Below are positions 61,871 through 64,000 of a stretch of 64,000 nt of DNA, piece after piece. The DNA is from Balanoglossus misakiensis. Taxonomy: Eukaryota > Animalia > Hemichordata. The stretch is taken from NCBI GenBank assembly GCA_040954595.2, contig CM082590.2, positions 3,100,001 to 3,164,000 on the forward strand. Reading direction: 5' to 3'. A model generated the notes under the pieces. That model made no database searches. It saw only the letters and a list, made by a program, of their open reading frames with translations, and had not been told where the DNA came from. A program made the translations under genes and the position numbers. How positions within the stretch are numbered: position 1 is the first letter of the stretch; every line of letters starts with the position of its first letter.

Positions 61871-62615
61871 AGTGTGTAGTTTTACCATGTTGATTTTTTA
61901 GATTTCTTAACCCTGTGATTAAAATAGATTTTTAAAAAAATAAAAACTGTTAATTATAGTTTGCTTGTCTCTGAGGTTTTATGGGGGGTGGGGGTGGGTG
62001 GTTCAATGGTACCCCTAGTTAATTGTCTTGCTGCAAACTCACTGCAATGTTCAAATTTTCAAGGTGGCAATCTTGATTGCTGTGAACTCACTGCAGTATT
62101 CAAATTCCTGTGAACTCACTGCAGTATTCAAAATCTTGTTGCTGGAAGTTTGCAACAAATTTGCAAGTCCCCTAATTTGCATGGTAAAATCAGGACTGTT
62201 TGCCACTTTGCAGCAGCAGTTTGCAGTGAGTTCGCAGAATCCTGCTGCAGATTTGCGGGAGGAGTTTGCAGCAGGCCCTTTTTTCGTAAGGGATGTCCAT
62301 ATTATGGACATCACGAGGATGCGTCACGTTATCGACCAAACTTAGTGTAATAACCCCTTTATCATACATGAACAGTAGCCCATAGCCAAGTGTGACAGGG
62401 CGATGCGATCAGGTGATCAACGTATAGACCGTAGTATCATTCTAAGAGGGTTGGCAGCTTTCATTATGATGGGCACATGTGATTCAGGTCCCTCCCATCT
62501 ACCTTAGCTGAGCTTGGGATCGCTTCGCCAAAGTTTATATGACAAGGGTGTTAGCCCATTCCTATCACAATAGGCTAGCTATATCGTTTATATGCCTTAA
62601 TGAATTAATTAATAT

Positions 62616-62676
62616 GACTGACTGACGGACTGACTGACTGACTAACTGACTGACTCACTGAATGAATGAATGAAAG

Positions 62677-62706
<30 letters not shown>
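62616..62706 (+). repeat. Compound microsatellite (GACT)n(GAAT)n(CAAT)n
   Basis: Read directly from the sequence. Confidence 0.9.
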
Positions 62707-62707
<1 letters not shown>

Positions 62708-64000
62708 TACCCAGACATGGCATGGAGGGATTCACCTCCTGTTGAGATGTTCGCACCCCCTAGCAAATTGTCACAGGTGGGGTGGTCAGTGGCCCTTAAA
62801 ATGATGTCACTCACATGATAGAGATATTAATTACATAACTCCTTTCCAGAGTGTGCTCTATTTATAGTCTGCACTATATACAGGTAAATGTGTAATGATA
62901 TTTCAATAACTTTTGGAATCACAGGTCAGTAGAAAGGTTGATTGAACAAAAGGTTTTGAAATTCGTTCACCTTGTATTGGAACAGCTCTTACAGACATCA
63001 CAACATCATTCAACGCTAAATCTTCGTAACTTTTACATACTGTTAATATAAATATAATTATTTTTCTTTAAATTCATCCAAATATTACAATGTTTCTAGC
63101 AATTTCATAGCTGTATTATAGTTATTAAGATAATACTGTGTGTATGATATATACTTTGTGGATAGGATACAGATCTTTGCTTATTACCAAGAATATAACA
63201 CCATGTGTTTGGATTTTAAATGCAGTTCGGAGCTGACTGTGTTGCATTTTGACTGCAAAATTAAAATATTTAGTTACATTTCCTTGCATTTAGTGTTGAA
63301 AATGTCACTTTCAGCTTTAAAATGAGCACTGATATCTATGGAACTAGAAGAATTGTGCTTTCTATTCTACAACATACAACATTTACATTTAATCAAACAA
63401 CAGGATGATATTTGACAGTCAATCAATAAATATAACATACGTGTGAGTTGCATGTACAAAACTAGACACATGTATGTATGTGATATTTAAAGGGACATTA
63501 ACTGTTACACATGCTCTACACAGAACTCCACTTGTCAGCATAACCTGTATGTGTGTAACGGCTATTGAAATGAATTCTAGTCCAGACTTGAATTCAAATT
63601 CACAATAACAATACTGAACAGACACACCTATATTTCATCATGATTCAGGGATCTGAAGAAGACACTGCAGTAAATACTTAAAACAAAAATACTGAAGACA
63701 AAGTGAAAAGTTACAGCTAATGAAGCTTTAACTATGTTCAGAAACAAGTAGAACAGGCAATCAAAACACATTATAAACATTGAGAAAAACACCCAAAGTT
63801 ACATGTACTACCGGTATCTATGAGGGCCCGTTCTGGTCAAAATTGTAGTTTATTAATAAAACATGTTAGAATTAATTTTACCAGTATATAGAATTATTTT
63901 TTATGTGCTTTAATTATTTTTTTGTAGTCATGCAGAATTAATTTTATGTGTTCTAAATAATTATTTTAGCTTATCTTTGTTAGAAATAATTCTGCCAACA

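Larger units (their letters stand above)
59880..62357 (+). mobile_element. TIR element (30-bp perfect TIRs, TTAA/TTTA flanks) carrying a BEN-domain gene fragment
   Basis: GGGTTATTACACTAAGTTTGGTCGATAACG (59880-59909) is the reverse complement of 62327-62356. Subterminal TGCAAACTCACTGCA-type repeats at 62030-62270. Confidence 0.8.

Noticed and set aside
62360-64000. Upstream MED25 VWA exons
   Set aside because: I could not recognise any. They may lie beyond the window or be lost.

Overview
Eukaryotic, AT-rich, intron-containing DNA from an invertebrate animal (species not identifiable from the sequence). 1-18.1 kb is a hierarchical satellite: a ~0.9-kb monomer, with an internal 116-bp segment expanded to different copy numbers and a HINE/pearl-like element co-amplified in it. 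About 27.7-59.6 kb (minus strand) holds a decayed gene copy. Its MED25 exons (VWA, low-complexity, C-terminal Q-rich/LxxLL) flank four calcium-binding EGF exons where the ACID domain should be, and the splice phases match at both MED25-EGF junctions. One intron contains an 18.9-kb Academ-type DNA transposon (34760-53665, TSD TACA) encoding a broken transposase/XPG-like/Cys-cluster protein with an OTU-like insert. This element is interrupted by an L2/CR1 fragment, a very young Gypsy LTR element (644-bp LTRs, tRNA-Ser PBS, Gag with an RRM), a Transib/RAG-like MITE, a TTAA Kolobok-like MITE, a HINE and a Tx1/L1 3' fragment. Near the right end a TIR element carries a spliced BEN-domain gene fragment. 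All family and domain calls come from reading motifs by eye; no searches were run.
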